NCBI GenBank assembly: GCA_964016885.1
Contig: OZ024741.1
Location: 223,448,001-223,512,000, forward strand
Length of the DNA: 64,000 nt
Direction of reading: 5' to 3'
Source of the DNA: Eledone cirrhosa
Taxonomy: Eukaryota
This document shows, one piece after another, positions 12,771-24,452 of this stretch; positions within the stretch are counted from its first letter, which is position 1; each line of letters starts with the position of its first letter. The position numbers were made by a program, and so were the translations under genes. The notes beneath the pieces were generated by a model. That model was not told the DNA's origin. It was given only the letters and a program-made list of their open reading frames with translations, and searched no databases.

Positions 12771-12911
12771 ATATATATATATAACCAAATTAAAGGATAT
12801 ATGTTTATCTATAAACATATATCTTTTAATTTGGTTATTATGGCTCTAGATAAGTCTATTGAGCCTACTTATTGAGAAACACAAAAGTCTAAACATATCT
12901 GTTATGTTTTG

Positions 12912-12947
<36 letters not shown>

Positions 12948-13157
12948 CGAAGGATGTGTGGTAAAGAACCAAATGGACCATAACGCACCAGAGTACTCGA
13001 TACTTTGGGTAGTAGAGCAGGTAATAGGAAAATAGTCAGAACCCTGACAGCAGAGCTCAAGCCGTTTCGACAGCTATTTCTGGTCCAGAAATAGCTGTTG
13101 AAACAGCTTGAGCTCTGCCGACGGGGTTCTGACTCTTTTCCTATATATATATATATC

Positions 13158-13493
13158 ATTTCATCATTTCATTTTACGTCCGCTTTTCCCTGCTTGCAAG
13201 GGTGGGACGGGAACTGATTCTGGCTTGATTTCTACAGCTGGACGCCTTTCCTAACACCAACCTCATTTACAGTGAGTGCTGGGTGCTTTTTTTCTGTGGC
13301 ACCTCCACGACCATTTTGCAGTGGAATGATAGGGACCCCAGTCCCTATCATCTCATTTCTACAGCTGAATAAACTGGAGCAATATGAAATAAAGTGTCTT
13401 GCTCAAGGAAACAACACATCACCCGGTCTGAGAATTGAACTCACAACCTTTCGATTGCAAGGCCAATGCTCTAACCACTAAGCCATGTGCCTT
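13158..13493 (-). mobile_element. CORE-like SINE family B with RTE-derived tail
   Basis: Reverse complement of the copy at 26891-27235. Confidence 0.88.
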
Positions 13494-13715
13494 TATATAT
13501 ATATTATATATATTATATATATATATATATATATTTGCATGTATAAATTTTGTGTATATATATATATATATATGTGTATATATTTATATGTATATAATTG
13601 AATAAACAAGAGAGATGAACACTAATATAAACATACTTGTGTTCGAATCGTAAGGACCAACTTTGCTAGGGTGAAAAAATGCTAACTACAGCAATATGGT
13701 TTGTCAGAATTAATT

Positions 13716-14792
13716 TTAAATATTAAATTAAGAAAAGGAAGTTTGTTTGTTTGTATGTTGACCGCTAATAACACTAAATAAAATTGATAATAATTAAGGT
13801 TTTCGTGTGTTTTCAACTAATCTGACTTCCATCAAGTTCATTGTTGACTTATTTTCTGAAAATGTAATGGGGTGAGGGTTCAAGATGAGTAAGAATTTAT
13901 TGCTCTTTCTAGCACACAGATACTATCTGTTCATCTGTCATGCTATCTATATATAGAGAGGGAAACACTACTCTACCTACTAACTAAAACTTTTCTAGAT
14001 GTATTCTTTTGCTGTCAACCAATTTGACATCACAGTGAATACCATCATTAAATCTCTCACAAATGATCCTTGGAGGTAGCCAGACCCATAAATCTATCAA
14101 CAAAGTTGTCGACCAGGACGAAGCTGTTCATTATCCTGTTGAATTTCTCAACAATCTGGAACTGTCTGGTATGCTGCCACACAACCTTGAATTGAAGAAG
14201 GGCACAGTCACCATTCTTCTCAGAAACCTGGATTAGCCATGATTGTGAAATGGGAACTACAGCCTCACATTATCGAGGCCAAAATCCTCACAGGCTGTGG
14301 TAAGGGAAACGTGTTTATAGCTAGAATACTGCTAATACCAACAGATGTCCCTCTTCATTTCAAACGATTGCAATTCACAGTGAGAGTCAGTTAGCCTATC
14401 AACAAGTCCTAGGGTCAAACCCTGCAGGTTGTCATTCTCCGGCTAAAAGAGGGCTGTTTTTCACATGGTCAATTGTATGTTGGTTGTTCCAGAGTAGGAA
14501 GCTCCAACAAACTCTTCATATGTGCTCCAAAGAAAAAAGTTAAAAACATTGTATATACTGAAGTTCTGTAAATGTTTTATAATTTTCATAGAATACATTT
14601 TTCTATTAGTTCTTTATTACTTTCCGTATTTAGATATTCTAAATATTTAAAAAAAATTATATTATGCAATATTTAAATACCTTTAACATCTTTTATTTCA
14701 AGGAAAATGGACATTACAATAGATGCTAATAGGTGCCTTATAAATAGATTTAAGTACAATACAGACTAGGGCAAAGGCCGGGAGGCCACAAG
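13716..14792 (+). mobile_element. Non-autonomous Helitron remnant with a decayed Pif1-family helicase C-terminus (about 14000-14571)
   Basis: Hand translation gives YPVEFLNNLELSGMLPHNLELKKG, ILLRNLD, IIEAKILTG, FKRLQF, INKS*GQTL, CFSHGQLYVGCSRV, KNIVYTEVL*. 5' (GTTT)n tract; GC-rich small hairpin near the 3' end. Confidence 0.85.
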
Positions 14793-14839
14793 TATTTATA
14801 TATGTGTATAAATTTTGTATATATATATATATATATATA

Positions 14840-15068
14840 TTATTTATGTTCATACACAGAACAAAGGTGCTACCCAAGGTTTGAGGCCCAAATTTGACCA
14901 TACCTCCAGAAAAGAAGAGGCATCAGGCATCAAAAGAGTGACCTTTCTTCAAATATTAATAAATATTAATGCCTGAAGAAAGGTAATTATTTTGATGCCT
15001 CATGTATGGTCAAATCTGGGCTTTGAAACCTTTGGTAGCGCCTTTGTTCTGTGTATGAACATAAATAA
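14840..15068. repeat. Foldback (hairpin) MITE, about 230 bp
   Basis: tatttatgttcatacacagaacaaagg...cctttgttctgtgtatgaacataaata, with imperfect symmetry extending to the centre. Confidence 0.8.
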
Positions 15069-15413
15069 ATAATTGTTTCAGATTTAGGCACAAGGCCAAC
15101 AATTTTAGGATAGGGGAAAGTCAATTAAATCGACCTCAGTGCATTACTTGTGCTTTATTTTATCGACCCTGTCAGGATAAAAGGTAAAGTTAACTTCGGT
15201 GGGATTTGAACTCAGAAATATATTTCTGCTATTTTCCCGATTGAGCACTGTTTTCCTCTTTCCTTTTCACATCCACGGATATTGGTACATACACATTTTT
15301 GCATTACTGTGTTTTTGTTTTGTTTCATTTATTAACTATATATATATATATTATTTATTTGTATAAATTTTGTATATATATATATATATATATATATTTC
15401 TATGCATAAATTT

Positions 15414-15450
<37 letters not shown>

Positions 15451-15828
15451 CTATGTATAAATTTTATATATATATATATATATTTCTATGCATAAATTTT
15501 GTATATGAGTGAGAGAGAGAGATATTTATAGATATCATTAATATCTCATTATATATATAAACATGTTATCTACATCTGCTTGTATTCATAAAAACATGAA
15601 TAGACTATCCAACCATTGAAAATTGAATGCAGTGCATTAATGATTATATATTACAAATAAAGTACCAGTAATGCACTGAGTAATTGCTGGCCCTGTGCCA
15701 AAAGTAGAAACAATTAATGATTATATATTACATACACACAAATATATAAATTTATATAAATTAACCCTAGTACTTGTCTGGTATTTTATTTTGTTGACTA
15801 TGGAACGATGGAAGGTGAAGTTGACCTC

Positions 15829-16028
15829 NNNNNNNNNNNNNNNNNNNNNNNNNNNNNNNNNNNNNNNNNNNNNNNNNNNNNNNNNNNNNNNNNNNNNNNN
15901 NNNNNNNNNNNNNNNNNNNNNNNNNNNNNNNNNNNNNNNNNNNNNNNNNNNNNNNNNNNNNNNNNNNNNNNNNNNNNNNNNNNNNNNNNNNNNNNNNNNN
16001 NNNNNNNNNNNNNNNNNNNNNNNNNNNN
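15829..16028. other. Assembly gap (200 N)
   Basis: Run of N. Confidence 1.
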
Positions 16029-16951
16029 AGAGATAGACACAGGTGGATTCCATAGAGGATAGAGATAGATAGATAGAGAGAGAGAGATAGACACATGTGG
16101 ATGCCAAAGAAGAGAGAGAGAAACATATAGGGGAGGAAGAGGATATATAGAGATAAAAGAGAGAACATAAAGGACAGAGAAAGGGAGAAGAGAGAGATAG
16201 AAAAAGAACATGTAGAGGAGAGAGGAAGAGAAAACAAAGAGGGAAAAGAGCAATTATAGTTTTAATAAATAGACTGCCTAAGTGTTTGATTGATTAAAGA
16301 AATAAGCAAGATTTGAATGTTCCATACCTGAAATGTTATATACTGTATATACTTGTATATAAGCTGGGAAATATGTAACAAAAAAATCAATGGTAAAATG
16401 GGAGGGGTTACTTATTTTTGAGGTCAATATTTTGCCGATTTTCACCAACTTCAAAATTCTACATAAATAATTTTTGCTTTGAATATGAATATTACTGGTT
16501 TCACTTTTGATGTGAAATTTATATTTCCCATTGTTTTTTAAATGTTTTGAATGAATATGTCCTTCAAAATGGTCAGAAATTAGGTAAAAAGCATTACATA
16601 ATTGAGTTCTGAAACAAAAACTATACTCTAAATGACACAAAACATTTTAAATATCAAAATATTAAAACTTCATAAATATATTCTCCACTCATGAGAATTT
16701 GAAAACTGCACCATCTATAACGGGTTTGGATTTTTGCCTATTTCTCAGACATAAAGTAGGAGGTTGACTTATATTTGAGTATATATATAGAATATTCAAA
16801 ATGGGACAAAGACAGTGAAGCATGGAAACAATAAATGGACAGAAAATAGTGCAGAGATCCTGGTCACGAGCGGTTTCCCATTAGATACAGTTTCACATAC
16901 TTAGGACAGGATTATGCTTATTGTGATGGAATGTTTCGTACTGTATTTTTT

Positions 16952-17360
16952 ATGGCACCAGCAGTACCTCATTACAGGGTGAACTGAGTGCTTTTTTTCA
17001 TGGCACCAGCACTACCACCTTACAGGGTGGACTGGGTGTGTTTTATCTTGGCACCAGCAATACTGCCTTACAGGGTGGACTGGGTGTGTTTTATCTTGGC
17101 ACCAGCAATACTGCCTTACAGGGTGGACTGGGTGTGTTTTATCTTGGCACCAGCAATACTGCCTTACAGGGTGGACTGGGTGTGTTTTATCTTGGCACCA
17201 GCAATACTGCCTTACAGGGTGGACTGGGTGTGTTTTATCTTGGCACCAGCAATACTGCCTTACAGGGTGGACTGGGTGTGTTTTATCTTGGCACCAGCAA
17301 TACTGCCTTACAGGGTGGACTGGGTGTGTTTTATCATGGCATCAGCAATACCTCATTATA
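16952..17360. repeat. 48-bp minisatellite (about 6 identical units plus degenerate flanking units)
   Basis: Unit tggcaccagcaatactgccttacagggtggactgggtgtgttttatct repeated without spacers. Degenerate relatives near 4780-4900 and 21250-21480. Confidence 0.95.
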
Positions 17361-17668
17361 ATATATATTGGCAGTATCGGTAGAGAGTCAGACGCCATGC
17401 TTTTCAGCATAGTTACGTCCCTTTACAGTCTGAGTTCAAATCCTATCAAGGTTAACTTTGCCTTTCATCCTTACGGGGTCGGTAAAATAAAGTACCAGTA
17501 ATGCACTGGGTAATTGCTGGCCTTGTGCCAAAAGTAGAAACAATTATAATATATATTGGTTCTGACCATCTGGAACCGCATGTTATCATTCCTGTTATAA
17601 TGAAATTTCAATTCAAGTATCAACACTTTAGTACCAGCAATCTCATGCAGGTAGATATCAAGAGTTAA

Positions 17669-18428
17669 CCCTTTTGGTACCAAACCACCTGAAATTGTCC
17701 CTGTTTCCACAATACAAAATTGTTTGTTTTAACCATTTCAATATCAAACCAGCTCTGGTTCTGTAGAAGGAAACCATCCATTTAGAAGGTCTTCTCTTCT
17801 TCTTCTTCACCCACTTATTCCTGAGGGTGTCGTGGGGACAGAGTCCTCAAACACTCCTTCCAGCATGTCCTGTCAGAAGCAAGCATCTCCAACTGATCTG
17901 CTGGATCCCCAAGCACGACTAACCAAGTTCATGTATGCTATCCAACCATCTTGCTCTGGGTCTCTTGCCAATTGGATTCGTCCATAAAATATTTCCAGCG
18001 ATTCTTTCCTGAGACTTTCTAACCACATGCCCATAGTATCGGAGCTGTGATCTCTCAGTTCGGAGAAGGTTCCTAAGAAAATTGAAATCTTCCAACATAA
18101 TTTTATATAGAAGCCTTTTTTGTTATGTTACAAATACCCTTTTTATAATTGAAATAATTTTAGTAAATTCTTCCAAATTCTTCATTGATTATTTAAAATA
18201 CAGTGTACTTTATCAGAAATATGATAATGAAAGGGTTAAAGTATTTATATATATCTAAAAGCTTTCCGTCATAATTTTATGTAAGAACCTTTAAGTTATG
18301 TTCCAAGCATCACCTTAATACTGAGAAAGTTAGTTATATTACTAAATCTCTCCAAATTCTTGATTATTTTTGAAATTATTTAAAAATTATATGCAGCATA
18401 TTTCATTAGAAATGTGGTAATAAAAGAG
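17669..18428. mobile_element. Nested TTAA MITEs (outer 17669-18428, inner 17733-18235) containing an RTE family 3 3' fragment (about 17790-18065, minus)
   Basis: Both MITEs are bounded by TTAA. Inner TIR CCATTTCAATATCA / TGATAATGAAAGGG; outer TIR CCCTTTTGGTACCA / TGGTAATAAAAGAG. The RTE has a (TTC)n tail and is flanked by agaaggt. Confidence 0.7.
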
Positions 18429-19353
18429 TTAACTTGATCCCAAACATTATAAAATATACTAATGTATATTTTTTAAACTCATTATTTTTTTATGTTGTGA
18501 AGTTAACTTGTCTAAATGCAATGAAATTGTGACTGGATGTGGAATCAATCTTCTTACAGATTCATGCATTGAAACTCTACATTGATTTATCCATCAGAAT
18601 TACACAGTCAAACTATTTCAGATTTTGACTATAGTTATTATATTATAGATATTTTATGCGTCTTCTGTCAGTTTTTGTTATTTGTATTATAATCTTTTCT
18701 TTTGGGTTTTTGATAATATAATTTCCCTGACATATGTGCTACTCTAACCTATTACACTTATTTCCAGCACAAACACACATGTATAATGTATAACAGAGGG
18801 GAAACTATTTTACATTTTAATTATAGTTATTATATTCTAGAGTTCTTATGATGTTTTTCCTTCAGGCTTAGATATTATATTATATTTTTCTCTTTTTAGT
18901 ATTTTTTTCTTTGTTTGTTTGATTGTTTGCATCATATCAAACCTGTTAGACATATATTTCCAACTCCAAGGAATAGTAAAGCTATTTTATATTTTAACTT
19001 TAGTTTATTATATTATAGTAATTTTATATTTATTCCATCATACTGTTTTGTGTTTTAACTTTCTTTTATTTCTCATTATATTACCCTAACAACACCAAAC
19101 ATTTACTACTAGTATATGCATGTATGTGTCTGTAATACATATTAATATGCCATGTGTATCCCTGTTTTTAGAATAGGTACATCGTATTGAATCTAAAAGT
19201 TTTAGCATCGGGAAGAGTATCTGTCTTTAAAACATTGTCTCGAATCATGCCAGTATGGAAGAGTGGACATGAAATCGATAATGATGGTGAAGGGGAGGAG
19301 GAGGGGAATGGTGACGATGATGAAAAATACATCTATGTACATACACACACACA

Positions 19354-19625
19354 TCAGAGTTGCTGAAGCATGGAACAAACTGCCTGGATCAGTTGATGGC
19401 TGCCGAGACATTGCATCCTTTAAGACACTCATGCTTCCCGAAATATGCCAAAACTACACCTGATGTACCCCTTCCATACACATGCACACATGTGTGTATC
19501 ATGACTCATGCACTCTTCATTTTCCTGACGTTTGTACATTACCCTATGTACTATACATACACTTTTTGATGAGTTGTAGTGCACCTGAGCACTGTACACA
19601 ATATTTCATTATTATTATTTCATTA
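19354..19625 (+). mobile_element. CR1-clade LINE 3' fragment
   Basis: RVAEAWNKLP and 3' UTR gagttgtagtgcacctgagcactgtacacaa...(att)n, as in 43150-43420. Confidence 0.85.
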
Positions 19626-20577
19626 TTATATAAATATATTTGTGTTAAAAACGACATACTCTTCCAAACATCTTGATCTTCAAAATTTAAGGGGTTGTGA
19701 TGGGTGGATTCTCTTCTTGTTGCAAGCCTCTGTATAACAAAGCAAGGCAGTTGTTTTATTTTGACTACATTGATTCAGAAGTTATCTTCACAGATTTGAG
19801 GCCTTCTCTATTCTTATGTTGAGTGAGAACACTAACAATAAAAAATGGGAGTGGAGGGTGGAGAGATCAGATATGTTTTGTCATGCATCTCAATGCTTAT
19901 CAGTTTAAATTGCTGAGAAAGAAAGACAAGGCACAGCCCAGGTATGTTTATGATGTACTCCAATAATAGTGAACATAGGCACAAGGTCAGAAATTTGGAG
20001 AAGAAAATCGATTATATCGACTCCAATAATTGACTGGTATTCTATTTTACTAGATTTTTTTTTCCACACGCTGACACATATGTGTATATGTGTGTGCGTG
20101 TATGTGCATATCCATACATTTACATGTATGAGTATATAGATATAAACACACAAACACAGACATACTTACAAAATTACACACTCACACAAAAACATACATT
20201 CACACAAAACACACATATACATTCACACAGACACACACACATACATACATTTACACAAACACACACATACACATACACTCACACACAGTGTAGCAAATGG
20301 AACGCCAGTCACTGTTTTGCTATAGTTTTTTTCACCATCCCCTTCCTTCCTTTTACACACCCATACATTCACACAAACACACACACGCATTGTGTGATGG
20401 ACAGACGGAAGTCACTCAAATTTATATATAGATTTACCTTGGAGGGATGAAAGGCAGAGTTAACTCTGGCAGGGTTTGAACTCAGAGTGTGAAGAGCTGT
20501 AACAAAATGCAACAAGGCATTTTGTCTGACACTTTAATGATTATACCAATCTACCACCTTGATGTACACCAAATAAT

Positions 20578-20761
20578 TGTTTCTACTTTAGGCACAAGGC
20601 CAGCAATTACCCAGTGCATTACTGGTACTTTATTTCATCGACCCCGTAAGGATGAAAGGCAAAGTCAACCTCGGCGGGATTTGAACTCAGATCGTAAAGG
20701 GATGTAACTATGCTGGAAAGCATGGCGTCCGACCCTCTACCGATACTGCCAATCCACCGCC
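20578..20761 (-). mobile_element. SINE family A, full-length young copy with 18-bp TSD
   Basis: TSD tgatgtacaccaaataat at 20560-20577 and 20762-20779. Confidence 0.92.
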
Positions 20762-21769
20762 TGATGTACACCAAATAATAAAACGGAGCTTGCTTTCCAT
20801 AAAACTACTTTCTCCACCCAGTATTTATTTTATCTCTCAGTGATGATATAGCAACAGGTACAGAAGATAAAGAAGACACAACATTCAGAAGTACAAGATA
20901 AAGTAAATAATTGTTTCTACTTTTGGCACAAGGCCAGCAATTATCCCAGTGTATTACTGGTACTTTATTTTATCGGCCCTATAAGGAAAAAAGGCAAAGT
21001 TAACCTCAGCGGGATTTGAACTCAGATCATAAAGTGCTGTAACTCTTTGCTGCAAAACATGGCATCAGACCATCTCCCGATACTGCCAATCCAAGGTAAA
21101 TAATACAGAAAGGACAGAACGTTGATGAGTGGTTTAAATAGAGACTAATGGATGATATGATACCTATAAAAATACTTCTTATTTGATAAACGTCTCCCCA
21201 GCCTGCCACACACAGAAACCTAGTGTTATGATAAAGTTGTATTGGTGCCACAATAAAAAACACCCAATTCACCCTGTAAGGTGGTAGTTCTGGTGTTACA
21301 ATGAAAAGCACACAGTTTGCATCATAAGGTGGTAGTGCTAGTGCCATGACAAAAAGCACCCTGTCCACCTTGTAAGGTGGTGCTACAATATAAAGTCCCC
21401 AGTCCACCCTGTAAGGTGGTAATGCTAAAGTTATGATAAAATGGTATTCCTAGTATATGCTTTAAAGTGGTTGACATTAAAGAACATCCAACCATAGAAA
21501 CCAAGCCAAAAACAGAGCATACAAACCAAATGTAGTCACCTAATTAGTCTAGCCTCGGTATGTGACATGTCTAACCTATGCAAGTATGAAAAATAGACAT
21601 GAAACAGAGATGATGTTGATGATCCTCAAAGAACCTTATTTTCTGATCAAAGTAATTAACTCTTTTGTTACATAGGCAGTGTTTTTCATTAGAAAAACAC
21701 TACCTATGGTTTTCAAATAGTTATATAAAATTATGATGGACAAATTTTAGATAAATATAAACAATTTAA

Positions 21770-22367
21770 TCCTGTTCATTATTTTCATGAACAGGATTGA
21801 CATGCAGCTGGGTTGGAAGTGGTATCATGACTGGCAACTGTAAAATCAGTCAACTGGAATTTGCAGATGACATGATTTTACTTAACTCAACAGAAACTGA
21901 TCTCTGACTTGCACTTGATAGATTTGATGCCGAATACTTCATGGCTGGAATGAAAATTAGTGCTGTGAAAACTGAGACACTTGTCCTCTCAAGGAAGCCT
22001 CCACATGTGAATGGAGTTCCATGGAAGCAGGTGGAGAAGTTCAAGTATCTTGCGGTCGTGTCATGAGTGATGGCAAGCAGGAGGCTGAATTAAGTGCAAG
22101 AATTGCAGGAGCTGGTGCAGCAATGCGCCAGCTTCAGCATTCGATAATCAGAAGAAGGGAGGTAGGTGTAAAAGCCAAACTTGCTATCTTCAATTCATTA
22201 TTCAGGCCTACCCTTACCTATGGTCATGAATCTTGGGTAATGTCCAAAAGAATACGATCGCGAAGAAAAAAGAAAAAGATATTTGCTTCTGACAGGACCC
22301 ACTGGAAGGAGGTGTTTGAGGACTATGCCCCCACAACCCTCTCAAGAATAAGTGGGCAAAGAAGAAG
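21770..22367 (+). mobile_element. RTE family 3 fragment inserted into a TTAA MITE (21660-22440)
   Basis: FADDMILL, FKYL, PTLTYGHESW; tail gaataagtgggcaaagaagaag; 13-bp TSD ataaacaatttaa at 21757-21769 and 22368-22380. Confidence 0.82.
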
Positions 22368-22484
22368 ATAAACAATTTAAAATAAACACCTTTATAATGT
22401 AGAACTAAGTATGTTTCCTGGTGGTTTGATATCAAAAGAGTTAAATAGACAGCAAAAGTTGTGTGGTACATTAATTAACATAGC

Positions 22485-22998
22485 ATCATCGCTTAACATC
22501 CATCTTCCACACTAGCTTGTACAGCTCGTACAGAACTGTCTCTGGCAGGTTTGCTATAGCGTGATGCCCTTCCTAACACCAACCACATTTACAGTGTGGA
22601 CTGGGTGCTTTTTGTCGCGTCACCTACACGACCACTTTACAGTGGACAAAAATGGGAGGATGGAGTAGGATGTGTGTGGTGGGGTGTATATTAGGTTTAG
22701 AGGTGCCTACTGACTGTACATTTAAGTGTGTATGTAAGGGAAGTCGGGTCTTCTGTATGACTGCATAGCGCCAAAGATCTCGATTCAGTGACATTGTCTT
22801 AGAGAGATGTAAGTGTGCAAGGTCAGTTTTTATCACCTCGTCCCAGGATTTTCTTGGTCTACCCATTCCATAGCTTCCATCAATTTTGATCGTTCTGTAC
22901 TTTTTTATACATCTGTTGTCCTTCATACGCATCACATGTCTATACCAACGCAATCTCCTCTCCAGAACTCAACATTTGATACCTCTTATGCTTAGTCT
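22485..22998 (-). mobile_element. RTE family 2 3' fragment
   Basis: LRWYRHVMRMKD...GRPRKSWDEVIKTDL in ORF 22624-22953. Confidence 0.85.
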
Positions 22999-23740
22999 CA
23001 AATATATAAATATTTATTCAACAAATTTAAATTAAATTAAATTATATAATGTTTGCAATAAAAAAATAAATAATGAATAATGAAAATAAGGGAAAGAATG
23101 ACAAACTCTACATGCCTCTCTAGGTATATCTCAGCTGCACCACACAGAAAAAATTGGGAAAGCATTGCCATGGAGAACAGCCAGCAAAACCTGCTGCATC
23201 AGCCACTCCATCTCATATGGCTCCATCCTTATGCAGGAAGCATGCCTTCCAATTTTGTGGGGGGAAAATGGCAGTTCGGAGACCAAGGACATTAAAAGTC
23301 TCGATGGCAATTGACATTAAAAAGAAACAGTCGGTCAAGTTTCAATATCTTCATTAGTTTTGTGCTAACTTTACCGGAAATTTGCGAGTATTTTGATTTT
23401 TTTTATACTTCTAGGATACATTATTTTACTGTATCTTTTAGAGGGCTACAGCAAATGAGTCATAAAATGTTAAATCTAACGATAACAAAGTTGACCTTGG
23501 AGTTGTTTAATAATCTTTAATATTTTCTCACTTTTCACAATGCTTCAAGCAAACTTCAATACTATTTTTCTGATCTTTTCTCATGTTGTCTGTTCTTTAT
23601 TTTCTAGATCCCAACCACGCTTCTACAAATAAAAAAACAACCCAATAAACCATTGCGACAAGAAACGAAATTAATGTACCAAACAAATATTTGTGTCAAA
23701 CTTCTTCTTGGAGTACTTTTGATATTCTATTGTTTACGGT

Positions 23741-24014
23741 ATGACTGATACCTCAAGAGCTTCACAATCCTCTGAGGAGAATGAGGTGACCCGAACACCT
23801 TCATCAGAAAAGAAGGTGACCCGAACACCTTCATCAGAAAAGGAGGTAACCCGAACACCTTCATCAGAAAATGAAGTGACCCTAAACCCTCGATCGGAAA
23901 CTGAGGTGACTCAAACCTCTCTATCAGAAAATCCTGACAACTATAGTGAAAGTTTTGAATCAGATGCTGAAACTGAAGTCACCCTTCCAAGAAAGCAGCG
24001 ATCAGTCACAAAAG
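23741..24014 (+). CDS. LCA5: Lebercilin (LCA5-family) gene, first coding exon (acidic Ser/Thr-rich N-terminus)
   Basis: Polypyrimidine tract and tttctag acceptor end at 23607. ATG at 23741 opens MTDTSRAS...NYSESFESDAE...; donor AAAG|gttaat at 24014/24015. The phase-1 end joins exon 30469 (G+CC=Ala) in frame. Weak homology, so this exon is supported mainly by splice phase. Confidence 0.65.
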
Positions 24015-24230
24015 GTTAATTCTTCTTTCTAGAAAAATTTTCTTGTTTCTTTGCCTGCCTGCTATTCATCATCACCATCGTTTTTATGTTTGTATTTTTG
24101 TAATTATCATTAATATTATTATTATTAGTCAAAGTAGGGCAGTGGATCAGCAGAGTCATTAGAGCGCTGGACAAATGCATAACAATATTTTTCCAGCTCT
24201 TTACATTCTGAGTTCAAAGCCTATCATGAT

Positions 24231-24452
24231 TGTTATAATGGTTTGATACACCTGTTTTGTATATCTGTACAGAACGAGGGTAAAACCCAAGGTATTCACC
24301 AGGTGTAATTTCAAGCTACAAACGAGAGACTACAGTGAGACTCCATACACACCACAGTCTACCTGACCGTTCACTTCAGTTCTTATCTATAGGCTTTTTT
24401 CCTAGTCCACTTTTAGTTACAGGGGGGTATTCAGGGTTTTTTCCCCACAACA
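24231..24452. mobile_element. Candidate solo LTR (222 bp) inserted into a SINE A copy
   Basis: Starts TGTTAT and ends ACAACA; flanked by atgat/atggt; splits the SINE right after its B box. Confidence 0.5.

Noticed and set aside
15695-16253. ORFs containing X runs
   Set aside because: Artefacts of the 200-N gap and the (GA)n-rich flank.
16952-17360. Possible CRISPR array, or repeat protein ORFs 16988-17383 and 17038-17361
   Set aside because: Units are contiguous with no unique spacers and there are no cas genes. The ORFs exist only because the 48-bp unit is divisible by three and lacks stops.
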